Shown: positions 9,945 to 19,498, counted from the stretch's first letter. The stretch: DNA of 64,000 nucleotides from an uncultured Duodenibacillus sp. (GCA_944390715.1 CALXQS010000007.1:21467-85466), one strand, 5' to 3'. Numbers and translations are program-made. The notes: generated by a model from the sequence alone, not told the origin.

Positions 9945-9974
9945 AAATTCCCCGCAGTTTCCTGCGGGGAATTT
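9945..9974 (-). terminator. Intrinsic terminator for the AGCS transporter (possibly bidirectional)
   Basis: 13-bp perfect stem aaattccccgcag/ctgcggggaattt with 4-nt loop; A-run gives a minus-strand U-tail. Confidence 0.8.
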
Positions 9975-9992
9975 CCTGCTTTGGCTGTTGTC

Positions 9993-11381
9993 TTACTTCT
10001 TCTTCTTCTGTCTCAGCGAAGCCTGATACTGATCAAGCTTGGACTCAAAGTCGTCGAGGTTTTTAACGACGACTTTGTGCAGCACTAAAAGAGCAATCAG
10101 GTTCGGAATCACCATCAATCCGTTGAAGAGGTCGGCCAGCGACCAAACCAGATCAACCTTGAGCGTGGCGCCGATCACAATGAAGATGCAGACAATGACG
10201 CGGTAGTAAGGCAGTCCTTTTTCGGTAAAGAGAAAGCGAACGTTCTGTTCACCGAAGAAGTACCAGCCGATGATGGTCGAATAGGCAAAGAAAAACAGAC
10301 AAATGGCGACAAAAGACATGCCGAAGTCGCCAAGGCCGATGTTGTAGGCCTTCTGAGTGAGCTCGATGCCGGTTGTCTGAAAGTCCAGCACGCCGGTAAC
10401 GAGAATCACGATGCCCGTAAAGGTCACCACGATGAGCGTGGCAAAGACGCCGAAAATGGCAACCAACCCCTGCTCAACCGGGTGGTCGACCTTGGCGATG
10501 GCGTGCGCATGGGGCGTGGAGCCCATGCCGGCCTCATTGGAAAACAGACCGCGGGCAACGCCGAACTGCATGGCTTTGGCAACGGTGAGTCCAAGAGCGC
10601 CGCCCGTGACGGCCTGAGGATCAAAAGCAGCCACAAAGATCATTTCAAAGGCGGGAATGATCTGCGAGGCATGGCAGCCGATGACGTAGCTGCCGCCAAT
10701 GATGTAGATCGCGGCCATGAAGGGAACGATTTTTTCAGTGACGCTTGCCAAACGGGCGACGCCGCCAAAGAACACCAGACCAGAAACGATGGCCGTCAGA
10801 ATGCCTGTGACGATCAGCGGGACGTCAAAAGCCGTGGCCATGGCGTTGGAAATCGAGTTGGACTGCACCATGTTGCCGATGCAGCCAAGGGCAATGATGA
10901 TGGCAATCGAAAAGAAAATGGCCAGAGGCTTATATTTTTCGCCCATTCCCTTTGTGATGTAGTAGGCCGGACCGCCAACAACATGACCGTACTCATCCTT
11001 GTCTTTGTAGACCTGAGCGAGAACAGCTTCGGCAAAAATGGTGGCCATGCCGAAAAAAGCGGCAACCCAAAGCCAAAAGAGAGCTCCCGGACCGCCGGAA
11101 ACCAAGGCAGTGGCAGTGCCGGCCACGTTGCCTGTGCCGACCTGCGCGGCGATTGCTGTGGCAAGAGCTTGAAAAGAACTCATGCCGCTTTTGTCGGCTC
11201 TCTTGCCAAAGAGCGAAGCACCGCCCAGAAGATATCGCGCGGCCAGACCGAATTTTCGTACCTGAACGAAACGCAGCTTGAATGTGTAGAAAATGCCTGT
11301 GCCGCACAACAGCGGAATCAAAACAAATACGCCCCACAGGACGCTGTTGATGTTGCTCACTAGGTCATTGAGAAACTGCAT
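9993..11381 (-). CDS. Alanine/glycine:cation symporter (AGCS family)
   Basis: AAQVGTGNVAG, GGPGALFWLW, GGPAYY, RGLFSNEAGMGSTP motifs. Confidence 0.93.
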   Translation of the reverse strand: MQFLNDLVSNINSVLWGVFVLIPLLCGTGIFYTFKLRFVQVRKFGLAARYLLGGASLFGKRADKSGMSSFQALATAIAAQVGTGNVAGTATALVSGGPGALFWLWVAAFFGMATIFAEAVLAQVYKDKDEYGHVVGGPAYYITKGMGEKYKPLAIFFSIAIIIALGCIGNMVQSNSISNAMATAFDVPLIVTGILTAIVSGLVFFGGVARLASVTEKIVPFMAAIYIIGGSYVIGCHASQIIPAFEMIFVAAFDPQAVTGGALGLTVAKAMQFGVARGLFSNEAGMGSTPHAHAIAKVDHPVEQGLVAIFGVFATLIVVTFTGIVILVTGVLDFQTTGIELTQKAYNIGLGDFGMSFVAICLFFFAYSTIIGWYFFGEQNVRFLFTEKGLPYYRVIVCIFIVIGATLKVDLVWSLADLFNGLMVIPNLIALLVLHKVVVKNLDDFESKLDQYQASLRQKKKK

Positions 11382-11619
11382 GAGAGAAACTCCCTGCGCA
11401 CGCGCAGACTTTCTTGCAGGATGTCCGGCGGGCGGCGTTGGTTTGAGGGGGTGCCTTTTTAATAATTGTGATGAGAAAAAAAGCTGACAATAGAGGCACT
11501 TTATCAGCGTGAAGGACGCAGTTTAAGCCTATAGTGGCGTTTTGCGCAAAGAAATCGACATGGGAATAAACACTAGAGTTTTCTGCCTAAGGCACAATGC
11601 CGATCCAGGAAAAAGCAAA

Positions 11620-11656
11620 GAAAAAGGCGCTTGCCTATGCAAAAAAGCAAGCGCCT
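11620..11656 (-). terminator. Intrinsic terminator after leuD
   Basis: 10-bp stem aggcgcttgc/gcaagcgcct with a minus-strand U-tract. Confidence 0.7.
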
Positions 11657-11678
11657 GAATAAAGCTCTGCAAGCAAAG

Positions 11679-12347
11679 CTATGGTGCTTGATCGTTTTTG
11701 CGTGCCTTGAGTTCACGGGCCGTTTTGCCGGCCAGTCCAGTCATCCAAGGAAACAGAGCTTCGTGTTTGGCCCGAAATGCCGCAATCTCCGAGATGTTCT
11801 TCATCGTGCTCTCAACCATGTCGAGACCCTCAAGGAGCATCGTCCGGTGCCGCGGCGCAATGGCAAACGAAATTACAAGGCCTTTTGCGGGAACGCTGAT
11901 GGTGCAGGCTTCAAGGTCGACAGTGACGTCGGTGGGAGCTTCAGTCGAAATAGCCTTGAAAAGTCTGCGGGAGTCTTCTGCCGACACCTTTGCCGCCAGC
12001 AGGCCGTTGTTGAAGCAGTTGGAGTAGAAGATTTCGCCAAACGAGGGCGCAATCACCACATCAATGCCCATTTGCTGCAGTCCCCAGACGGCATGTTCGC
12101 GGCTTGAGCCGCATCCGAAATTGGGGCCGCCGATGATGATGGGGGCCTTCTCAAAACCGGGTTTATGAAAGACGGCACCAGCTTTGGGCGAACCGTCGGG
12201 GTTAAAGCGCAGGAAGTAAAGCGCGCCTTCGGCCAGCCCGCTTTTGTCGATGCCTCGCAGAAACTGCTTGGGCATGATCTGATCGGTGTCTAGATTGTCA
12301 ATGTCAAGGGCGAGCGCGGCGCCGGTAACCTGAGTGAACTTTTTCAC
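11679..12347 (-). CDS. leuD: 3-isopropylmalate dehydratase small subunit (or paralog)
   Basis: DTDQIMPKQFL, NFGCGSSREHAVW; GTG start with AGGAG Shine-Dalgarno. Confidence 0.85.
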   Translation of the reverse strand: MKKFTQVTGAALALDIDNLDTDQIMPKQFLRGIDKSGLAEGALYFLRFNPDGSPKAGAVFHKPGFEKAPIIIGGPNFGCGSSREHAVWGLQQMGIDVVIAPSFGEIFYSNCFNNGLLAAKVSAEDSRRLFKAISTEAPTDVTVDLEACTISVPAKGLVISFAIAPRHRTMLLEGLDMVESTMKNISEIAAFRAKHEALFPWMTGLAGKTARELKARKNDQAP

Positions 12348-12349
12348 GT

Positions 12350-13792
12350 TTATTCTCCTTTGCCGAGCTTGCGCCAGTCGGTAATGCAGCCCGTGACGGC
12401 GGCGGCAGCAGCCATTCTGGGTGAAACAAGGTGAGTGTGGCTGCCGCGGCCTTGACGGCCTTCAAAGTTGCGGTTGGTAGTGGAGGCGCAGCGCACGCCG
12501 GGCTCAAGAATATCGTCGTTCATGGCCAGGCAAAGCGAGCAGCCGCTCATGCGCCACTCAAATCCGGCATCCTTGAAGATCTTGTCAAGCCCCATGGCTT
12601 CAGCATGACGGCGCACGGTCATTGAGCCCGGCATGACCTGAGCGCGTACGCCTGCAGCAATGTGCCGGCCGCGCACGACCTCTGCGGCAAGCTGCAGATC
12701 AATGAGGCGAGCGTTGGTGCACGAGCCGATGAAGACGTGCTGAATGGGAAGCCCTTCCATCGGTTGGCCGGGCTTGAGATTCTGGTATTGCAGGGCGCGG
12801 CGTGCGGCCTGGCGCGCAATTTCGTCATCAAACGACTCAGGGTCAGGGACGCAGTCCGTAATCGGCACGACCTGATCGGGACTCGTGCCCCAGGTGACCA
12901 TGGGTTCAAGCGAGCTTGCGTCAATGACGACTTCCTTGTCAAAGACGGCGCCGTCATCCGTGTGCAGGCACTTTGCATATTCGCGCATGGCTGCGGCTTC
13001 TTCGTCGCTCAAAACCATTGCATGATCTTCGACCCACTTGAAGGCTTTTTCGTCAGGGGCGATCAGAGCGCCTCGAGCGCCAGCTTCAACCGTGAGGTTG
13101 CAAAGCACCATGCGCTCTTCAATGGGGAGCGCCTCCACAACAGGGCCGCAATACTCGACCACGGCTCCAAGAGCGCCGCGTGCAGAAATGCGGCGCAGCA
13201 CTTCGAGCACCAGGTCTTTGGCATATGTCCCTTCGGGCATCGTGCCGGTGATGGTAATGCGCATCGTTGAAGCCATGCGGTAGACAAGAGTCTGCGTGGC
13301 GAGGATGTGCTCGATTTCGGAAGTGCCGATGCCAAAGCTCAAGGCGCCCAGAGCTCCGTGCGTCGTGGTGTGGCTGTCGCCGCAGATGACCACCATGCCG
13401 GGCCGCACCAAGCCTTGCTCTTGCATGACGACATGCTCGACGCCTTGATAGGGGCTGTCGCCGCCGTAAAAGGCGTCAATGCCGAAGTCTTCGCAGTTTT
13501 TCTGCATGTTGAGGGCCTGCTTGAGCGAGGCTGCGTCGTAGATTTTGCGCGGCCATTCGTCGTGCGTTGGAATGATGTGATCGACTACGCACAGGTGCGC
13601 ATCGGGCACCAGAACAGGAAGTCTGCGCTCGCGAACGCCTGAAAAGGCTTGAGGCGAGGTGTATTCGTTGGCAAAGTGAATGTCGCAGTACAGCAGGACG
13701 GTGCTGTCGTCGATGCGAGAAACTATATGCGAATCGACAAGTTTGGCGTAAAGCGTCCTTGGCTGCGTTGTTGGGGTAGCAGTTGGGGTCAT
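12350..13792 (-). CDS. leuC: 3-isopropylmalate dehydratase large subunit (or aconitase-family paralog)
   Basis: CGDSHTTTHG, IGSCTNAR, GCSLCLAMN (three Fe-S cysteines), STTNRNFEGRQG; start placed at MTPTAT. Confidence 0.85.
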   Translation of the reverse strand: MTPTATPTTQPRTLYAKLVDSHIVSRIDDSTVLLYCDIHFANEYTSPQAFSGVRERRLPVLVPDAHLCVVDHIIPTHDEWPRKIYDAASLKQALNMQKNCEDFGIDAFYGGDSPYQGVEHVVMQEQGLVRPGMVVICGDSHTTTHGALGALSFGIGTSEIEHILATQTLVYRMASTMRITITGTMPEGTYAKDLVLEVLRRISARGALGAVVEYCGPVVEALPIEERMVLCNLTVEAGARGALIAPDEKAFKWVEDHAMVLSDEEAAAMREYAKCLHTDDGAVFDKEVVIDASSLEPMVTWGTSPDQVVPITDCVPDPESFDDEIARQAARRALQYQNLKPGQPMEGLPIQHVFIGSCTNARLIDLQLAAEVVRGRHIAAGVRAQVMPGSMTVRRHAEAMGLDKIFKDAGFEWRMSGCSLCLAMNDDILEPGVRCASTTNRNFEGRQGRGSHTHLVSPRMAAAAAVTGCITDWRKLGKGE

Positions 13793-14075
13793 GAATGTAG
13801 CCGAAAAAAAGTCTGTCAGCTGCGGCATGACAGCACGTTCAAAAAAAAGCCGTTTGTGATTGCGCTTGCTTGCGGTGCAGAAAGCTTGCAAATGAGGATC
13901 TGCGCACGGGGGGCAAGACGCTGCCGGCCGCAGTAGTAGATTTTCGCCAAACGCCGGTCTTATTGCAAGAAGCCGCAGGCTGGCAAAGGCATCGTCACGC
14001 GTGCTGATGCCGTATGCTGACCATGCGATACTGCTTGTGCTGATGTTTTTTCAACCAGCCTTTTCGGAGGCAGCA

Positions 14076-14579
14076 GTGCAGATAAGGAAAAGATTTGCGG
14101 TCGTTGTCGTCTGCGGCGTGCTGGCCGGGACTGGCCAGGCCGATGCCGCCAATGAGCTCAGCGCGCGTGAGGCGGCAGCAATTGCCATGAAAAATGCAGG
14201 CGTGGCGGCCGAGGATATCTTCAATCTAAAGACCGAGCACGATGAAGAAAATGGCATAGCGGTCTACGCGGTTGAGTTTGAAACAAAGTACGGCGACTAT
14301 GATTTCTGCGTAGCGCGCCGCAATGGACGCATCATTGATGCGGACTGCGAGGTTCGTGAGGAGTGGATCCGCAGACAGCCTGCCGCAAGAGATTCCGAGA
14401 ACGCCGTCAGGCTCGAGGTTGTGCGCCGCGTGCCGGGCGCCAGCTCTAGCCAAGTGCTGCTGCGCCGGCAGAAAGATCGCTGGGAGGGACTTTTGCGGCA
14501 CGACGGATTCAAATATGAATTTGAGGCTGACAGGCGCACCGGCATTATTTCTGACTGGAATGCCGAGATGCGCCGCTAG
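14076..14579 (+). CDS. Exported PepSY-domain protein (two repeats)
   Basis: GGAGG SD before GTG; signal peptide; LSAREAAAIAMK..VYAVEF..YDFCVARRNGRII and YEFEADRRTGII patterns. Confidence 0.7.
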   Translation: MQIRKRFAVVVVCGVLAGTGQADAANELSAREAAAIAMKNAGVAAEDIFNLKTEHDEENGIAVYAVEFETKYGDYDFCVARRNGRIIDADCEVREEWIRRQPAARDSENAVRLEVVRRVPGASSSQVLLRRQKDRWEGLLRHDGFKYEFEADRRTGIISDWNAEMRR

Positions 14580-15070
14580 GTTTTTTGAGGGATGTCGCTG
14601 AGCTCAACGGAATTTCCGTGCTCCTTGATCAGCTCCAGAAGGTCTTCGGTCTGCAGCCAGACGGTGGCCGTGTTGTCGTTGGGATGCACGCCGATGCGTC
14701 CGCCAAGGAAGTCACGGTCTAAAAACCAGCGTACTCTGCGCTGAGCATCGTTTAAAAGTCCTAGCGGCGTTACTGCGCCGGCGATGAGCCCCAGCATCTG
14801 CATGAGTTCATCTTCGCTTGCAAAGCAAAGAGCGCGCAGGCCGTGCTGTTTGCGAAAGCTTTTGAGGTCAACGCGCTTGTCGCCTTTGATGGTAATGAGA
14901 CAGTACGTCTGTTTTTTGTCATCGCGCACAAATAGGTTTTTGGCGTCGTCCTGCGGATACGGAAGCGCAATTTGGGCGACTTCGGCCATGTTGAAAACGG
15001 CACTGTGCTCGGTAATTTCGTGGACGATTGCCCGTTCGCTCAAAAGCTTGCAAATGTCTTGCTTGTTCAT
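14576..15070 (-). CDS. Prolyl-tRNA editing deacylase (ProX/PrdX, YbaK superfamily)
   Basis: AKNLFVRDDKK, GAVTPLGLLND, HPNDNTAT; the true gene is the C-terminal 164 aa of the 365-aa track ORF. Confidence 0.85.
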   Translation of the reverse strand: MNKQDICKLLSERAIVHEITEHSAVFNMAEVAQIALPYPQDDAKNLFVRDDKKQTYCLITIKGDKRVDLKSFRKQHGLRALCFASEDELMQMLGLIAGAVTPLGLLNDAQRRVRWFLDRDFLGGRIGVHPNDNTATVWLQTEDLLELIKEHGNSVELSDIPQKT

Positions 15071-15259
15071 GTGTTGTTTCTGCATGCAGATGTCCATCGG
15101 CTTTTGTTCATGATAGCGCCAAAGCCATGCGCAGCCGGAGGCTGCAAGCGCATGCGGGCCAATACGAATGGCGCTGTCGCCTAGACCGTCTAGAATCACC
15201 TGCAGGCATGTATGCAGGGCCTTCTCTGAGGGACTGCGGCATTGATGAAAGGAAAAGTC

Positions 15260-16468
15260 ATGACGCTCAAGGATACGATTGCTTTGCTTCAGGCAGCTCC
15301 TGCCGATCCCATCATCGGCATCAGCGATCGATTTCAAAAAGATCCGCGCACCGAGAAAGTCAACTTGACGGTGGGCAATTATCTTGGCCCCGACGGCAAG
15401 ATCCCGTTGCAGGCCACGGTTCACGAGGCGCAAAGGCGGCTTCTCGAGCGGCGTACGGTGCACAGCTACCTGCCGATTGAGGGACTCAAAAGCTTTTGCG
15501 ACGCGGTCGACGTCCTGAGCTTCGGGCGCGACAGCGAAGTGCTTCTTTCCGGCCGCAGCGCAACGTGTCAGGCCATTGGAGGCACCGGCGGGCTTTATCT
15601 CGGAGGCGTCTTTGCAAAAGAGACGCTCGGCGTTTCTCATGCTGCGGTTCCGAATCCAACCTGGGGCAACCATATTGCGCTTTTTAAGAAGGCAGGGCTC
15701 GAAGTCAGTCAGTATGCTTACTACGACAAGGCTGCGGGCGACGTCAATATCGAAGGACTTCTAGAAGATCTTCGTCGACTGCCGGAGCGCTCTCTGGTGC
15801 TGCTGCAGGTCTGCTGCCACAACCCGACCGGCATGGATCTCTCGCGCCAACAGTGGCAGCGCGTGCTTGAAGTCGTCAAGCAGAAGGATCATCTGGCGTT
15901 TCTTGACATGGCTTATCAGGGCTTTGCTGCGGGGCTGGAAGAAGATGCCTGGCCGGTACGTCTTTTTGCCGAGGCGGGCGTCGATTTTCTGCTTTCCGTC
16001 TCGCTTTCCAAAGGCTTTAGCATTTACGGCGAGCGCACAGGCACGTTCACGGTGGTCGTCCAATCGGCCGAAGAGGCCCGCGTCGTGCATACGCTCTTGC
16101 GTCGCCATATTCGTGCGCTTTACTCCAATCCTCCGCGCTGGGGCGCGATGATTGCTGAAGTTGTTCTCAACGATGAAGAGCTCAACAAGGCCTGGAAGCA
16201 GGAGGTCGAAGACATGCGGCTGCGCGTGAAGGCCATGCGCGAAGGACTTGCGCAAGAGGGCAAAAAGCAGGGCGTGTCGCTTGATTTTGCTCTCAAGCAA
16301 AACGGCATCTTTTCGTTTACCGGCTTTACGGCGCAGGAGATGGAAAGGCTCAGAACCGAGTTCGGCGTCTACGGCATCGACAGCGGCCGCATTGCCATGG
16401 CAGGTCTCACCGAACCCGTTCTTGCTCACGTGGCGGGAGCCTTTGCCGCCGTGCTCAAGGCTCGCTGA
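15260..16468 (+). CDS. Aromatic amino acid/aspartate aminotransferase (class I, TyrB/AspC-like)
   Basis: [35 protein letters not shown] (PLP lysine), SGRI. Confidence 0.92.
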   Translation: MTLKDTIALLQAAPADPIIGISDRFQKDPRTEKVNLTVGNYLGPDGKIPLQATVHEAQRRLLERRTVHSYLPIEGLKSFCDAVDVLSFGRDSEVLLSGRSATCQAIGGTGGLYLGGVFAKETLGVSHAAVPNPTWGNHIALFKKAGLEVSQYAYYDKAAGDVNIEGLLEDLRRLPERSLVLLQVCCHNPTGMDLSRQQWQRVLEVVKQKDHLAFLDMAYQGFAAGLEEDAWPVRLFAEAGVDFLLSVSLSKGFSIYGERTGTFTVVVQSAEEARVVHTLLRRHIRALYSNPPRWGAMIAEVVLNDEELNKAWKQEVEDMRLRVKAMREGLAQEGKKQGVSLDFALKQNGIFSFTGFTAQEMERLRTEFGVYGIDSGRIAMAGLTEPVLAHVAGAFAAVLKAR

Positions 16469-16482
16469 TTTTCAAGAAAAAA

Positions 16483-16536
16483 CGCGGCAGGACGACCTGC
16501 CGCGCATCAATTCAAATTTCTCGGGGACGACCTCGA
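16483..16536 (+). ncRNA. Guanidine-II (mini-ykkC) riboswitch
   Basis: Two GC-rich hairpins, each capped by an ACGA loop (cgcggcagg-ACGA-cctgccgcg; tcgggg-ACGA-cctcga), immediately before the SD of an SMR exporter. Confidence 0.88.
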
Positions 16537-16551
16537 AAATGGAGCTGCGTC

Positions 16552-16866
16552 ATGTCTTGGCTTGTTTTGGTCGTTGCCGGTCTTTTAGAAGTGGCTTGGG
16601 CTTTTGCTCTTAAGCTCAGCCACGGCTTTTCCTTGCTGCTTCCTTCCATTGCCACATTTGTGCTGATGGCGGCAAGCTTTTTTCTTCTTTCCTATGCGAT
16701 GAAGAATCTCCCGCTGGGGACGGCATATGCGGTGTGGACGGGCATCGGAGCTGTAGGAACGGCAATTGTTGGGATTTTGTTTCTCGGCGAGTCGGCTTCG
16801 CTGATGCGAATTGCCTCCATCGGACTGATCGTCATCGGCATCGCAGGACTTAAGCTTGCAGGTTGA
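16552..16866 (+). CDS. gdx: Guanidinium exporter, SMR family (SugE/Gdx)
   Basis: 104 aa, four TM helices, [29 protein letters not shown]; riboswitch upstream. Confidence 0.92.
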   Translation: MSWLVLVVAGLLEVAWAFALKLSHGFSLLLPSIATFVLMAASFFLLSYAMKNLPLGTAYAVWTGIGAVGTAIVGILFLGESASLMRIASIGLIVIGIAGLKLAG

Positions 16867-17077
16867 AAGAAGGCGAAAATTGACGGAAATTAAAGGAAAA
16901 AAACCGCAGTTGTCTGCATTGCGATGAGAATTTTCCGAAAATTGCGCGAAATTGTGATGCGGCCCGTCAAGAGAGGAATACAATAGACGCGAGTTGCCCA
17001 AGATCGGGCCGCAACCGCCCCTTCATTTGAGCAGACCGAAATAATCCCGTACAACAATAGGAAAAGGAACCTGCGGT

Positions 17078-17842
17078 ATGTCAAATAAAAAATTGGCGGC
17101 CATAGCTATGGCTGCCGTCTCGCTATTTTCCTCCTCCGCCGTGATTGCAGAAACGCTTCGCGTCGGCTCCGAAACCGTCTATCCTCCGTTTGAATATCTC
17201 GACAGCAAGACTGGTCAGTACGTAGGTTTTGACATAGATCTCATCCAGGCCATCGGCAAGCGCGCTGGTTTTGACGTCAAGATCTACTCCATGGGGCTTG
17301 ACGGACTCATCCCGGCATTGATGAGCTCAAGCATTGATGTTGCTGTATCGGCTTTGACGATCACTCCTCAAAGAGCGGAAAAGGTCGACTTTACGGATCC
17401 CTACTACAAGAGCGGACTGTCGATCATGACGCACAAGGAAAACGCCGGCAGGATCCGGGGAGCCGATGACTTGAAGAACAAGACGCTGTGCGTGGAAATC
17501 GGCAGCTCGGGTGCTTTGTACTCTTCAAAGATTCCCGGCACGACGATCAGAACCTTCAACAGCGCGGCAGAGGCCTTCTTGGAAATCAATCTCAAGGGGT
17601 GCTACGCCATGATCAACGACAAGCCGGTCAATGAATACTTCCTCGTTCAGAAGGCGGCTCAGTCGATGAATCTGGCCGAAGTGCCCGTGATCCTGAGCGC
17701 GGACAACTACGGCTTTGCGGTCAAAAAAGGCAATGATGATTTGCGCAATCGTCTCAATAAAGGACTCAAAGAAGTCATTGCCGACGGCACATACGAAAAA
17801 ATCCACATGAAGTGGTTCGGCGTCAAGTCCGATCTGCCGTAA
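17078..17842 (+). CDS. Polar/basic amino-acid ABC transporter substrate-binding protein
   Basis: Signal peptide; YPPFEY, GFDIDL, LIPAL, ITPQRAEKVDFTDPYY (SBP family 3). Confidence 0.9.
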   Translation: MSNKKLAAIAMAAVSLFSSSAVIAETLRVGSETVYPPFEYLDSKTGQYVGFDIDLIQAIGKRAGFDVKIYSMGLDGLIPALMSSSIDVAVSALTITPQRAEKVDFTDPYYKSGLSIMTHKENAGRIRGADDLKNKTLCVEIGSSGALYSSKIPGTTIRTFNSAAEAFLEINLKGCYAMINDKPVNEYFLVQKAAQSMNLAEVPVILSADNYGFAVKKGNDDLRNRLNKGLKEVIADGTYEKIHMKWFGVKSDLP

Positions 17843-17861
17843 GCGCTCAAAGCAACTGAAA

Positions 17862-17889
17862 ACCCGCCGGAATCTTTATTCCGGCGGGT
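17862..17889. terminator. Bidirectional terminator between the SBP and the flavoprotein genes
   Basis: 12-bp perfect stem acccgccggaat/attccggcgggt between convergent genes. Confidence 0.75.
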
Positions 17890-17959
17890 GCTGACTGACG
17901 GTCAGTCCGTCATGCTCAGACCGCATGGCTTAAGCGGCCTGAGAAGGAGGAATTCAGCG

Positions 17960-19498
17960 TTAAATCCAGGATTTTTCCTTTGCAATGTTGCGGCCGGCAA
18001 TGCGGCCGTTGACCAAGCAGTCGAGCGTTGCGCAGCTGCCCAGACGCACAGCGCCGTGCACGCCGCCAGTGGCCTCGCCTGCAGCGTAAAGGCCAGGGAT
18101 CGGCTTGTCCGTCTTGACGTCCACAACCTGCGCGAGATTGTTTGTTTCCAATCCGCCCATGCAATGGTGCACCTTGGGCGAAAGGATGGAGCAGTACCAG
18201 GGGCCCTTGCCGATGGGTTTGGCGCCTGGTGCGAAGTAGCGCCCCATTTCGTCGCCGCTGCCTTTCTTCAAGGCGGCGTTGTAGTCGTCGATGGATTTCT
18301 TCAATCCATCAAGCGGAATTTTGTACTGCTTGGCCATGGCTTCGAGCGTATCAAACTTGTGCACGCAGCCGCGATCGAGCATTTTTTGAAGAATGCCGGG
18401 ACGGCTCTTGACAATGGTGTTGTCCACTGCCTGCTGGTCTGAGAGCGCAATGCACATGTGGCCTTTATTGTTGTTGGTGATGACGGCGTCGGCGCGCACC
18501 TTGCGGTTGGCCAATTCATTGACAAAACGCTTGCCTGTCGTGCAGTCAACCCAAATGCCTTGCGATCCTGCGGCGCCGTTGGCGAAGTAAAGCGCAATGC
18601 CCATGCCCTTTTCTTCAGGCGAATTCCAGGGGCCACACTGTATCCAGTCGGCTTGAATGATGTTGCAGCCGATGCGTGAAGCTTCGCGCCACATCTCCGA
18701 GGTGGCTCCCGGCTGGTTGGTTGTGTCGAACTTGGCGGTGAGTTTGGGGTCGTGCTTCATGCGGTAGGCGACGTCGGCGCCAAATCCGCCGTAGCAAAGC
18801 GCCACGCCTTTGCGTGCACAGATGAATTTTTCTTTGCCCGAGCCCGCCTTGGGGAAACGATAGCCTTCGCGTACCTTGAGCCCCTTGACGCGGCCGTCGC
18901 CGTCGCGAATGATTTCATCGACATAGCAGCGCAGCCGCAGCTCTGCGCCGAGCTTCTTGGCAAGCGCAAGCTCCTTGTTGACGATTTCTGAGCCCGAGCC
19001 GTTGATGGTAAAGAGATGACGCGGCACGGAGTGGCCGCCTTCGGCGCCAACACGGTCCTTGATCCATTCGACGCCGAGCTCCTTTACCGTCCATTCCCAG
19101 GTCGGGTAGGCTTCCTGCGTCATCGTGCGCACCTTTTCCGGATAGCTGTAGCCCAAGCCTTCGCGAATGATGTCTTCGGCAAGCAGTTCAGGTGAATCTT
19201 TGATGCCGAGTTTTTTCTGCGCAGCGTTGCCGGGAACGGCAAGAATGCCGCCGTTGATGATGGAGTTGCCGCCGTGCGTCGGCATTTTTTCCAAAATGAG
19301 CACGCTTGCGCCCGCTTTGCGGGCTTCGATGGCGCAGGCAAGTCCGGCAAAACCCGAGCCGACGACGATGACGTCGACGGTTTCATCCCACTTCGCAGGC
19401 ATTGGGTCCGTGCATTTGGCTTGGGCCGAAGGTGCAAGAAGCGTGCCTGCAGCAGCAGAGCCGGCAATCAAAAATGAACGGCGAGACATTTCGGACAT
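17960..19498 (-). CDS. Tat-exported flavocytochrome c flavoprotein subunit (heme-less), substrate uncertain
   Basis: SRRSFL Tat motif; VVGSGFAG, GAEGGHSVPR, NELANR, VHHCMGG, AVRLGSC; GAGGAG SD before ATG at 19498. Confidence 0.9.
   Translation of the reverse strand: MSEMSRRSFLIAGSAAAGTLLAPSAQAKCTDPMPAKWDETVDVIVVGSGFAGLACAIEARKAGASVLILEKMPTHGGNSIINGGILAVPGNAAQKKLGIKDSPELLAEDIIREGLGYSYPEKVRTMTQEAYPTWEWTVKELGVEWIKDRVGAEGGHSVPRHLFTINGSGSEIVNKELALAKKLGAELRLRCYVDEIIRDGDGRVKGLKVREGYRFPKAGSGKEKFICARKGVALCYGGFGADVAYRMKHDPKLTAKFDTTNQPGATSEMWREASRIGCNIIQADWIQCGPWNSPEEKGMGIALYFANGAAGSQGIWVDCTTGKRFVNELANRKVRADAVITNNNKGHMCIALSDQQAVDNTIVKSRPGILQKMLDRGCVHKFDTLEAMAKQYKIPLDGLKKSIDDYNAALKKGSGDEMGRYFAPGAKPIGKGPWYCSILSPKVHHCMGGLETNNLAQVVDVKTDKPIPGLYAAGEATGGVHGAVRLGSCATLDCLVNGRIAGRNIAKEKSWI

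Noticed and set aside
11382-11620. Possible glycine riboswitch upstream of the AGCS transporter
   Set aside because: No aptamer consensus found on the minus strand
13931-13939. CTA CTA CTG (Leu-Leu-Leu) upstream of leuC on the minus strand, resembling a leu attenuator peptide
   Set aside because: No nearby in-frame start with SD, no short leader ORF, and no convincing terminator stem before the T-runs
14576-15673. 365-aa track ORF as a fusion protein
   Set aside because: The N-terminal extension is antisense to the aminotransferase; only the 164-aa ProX part is supported
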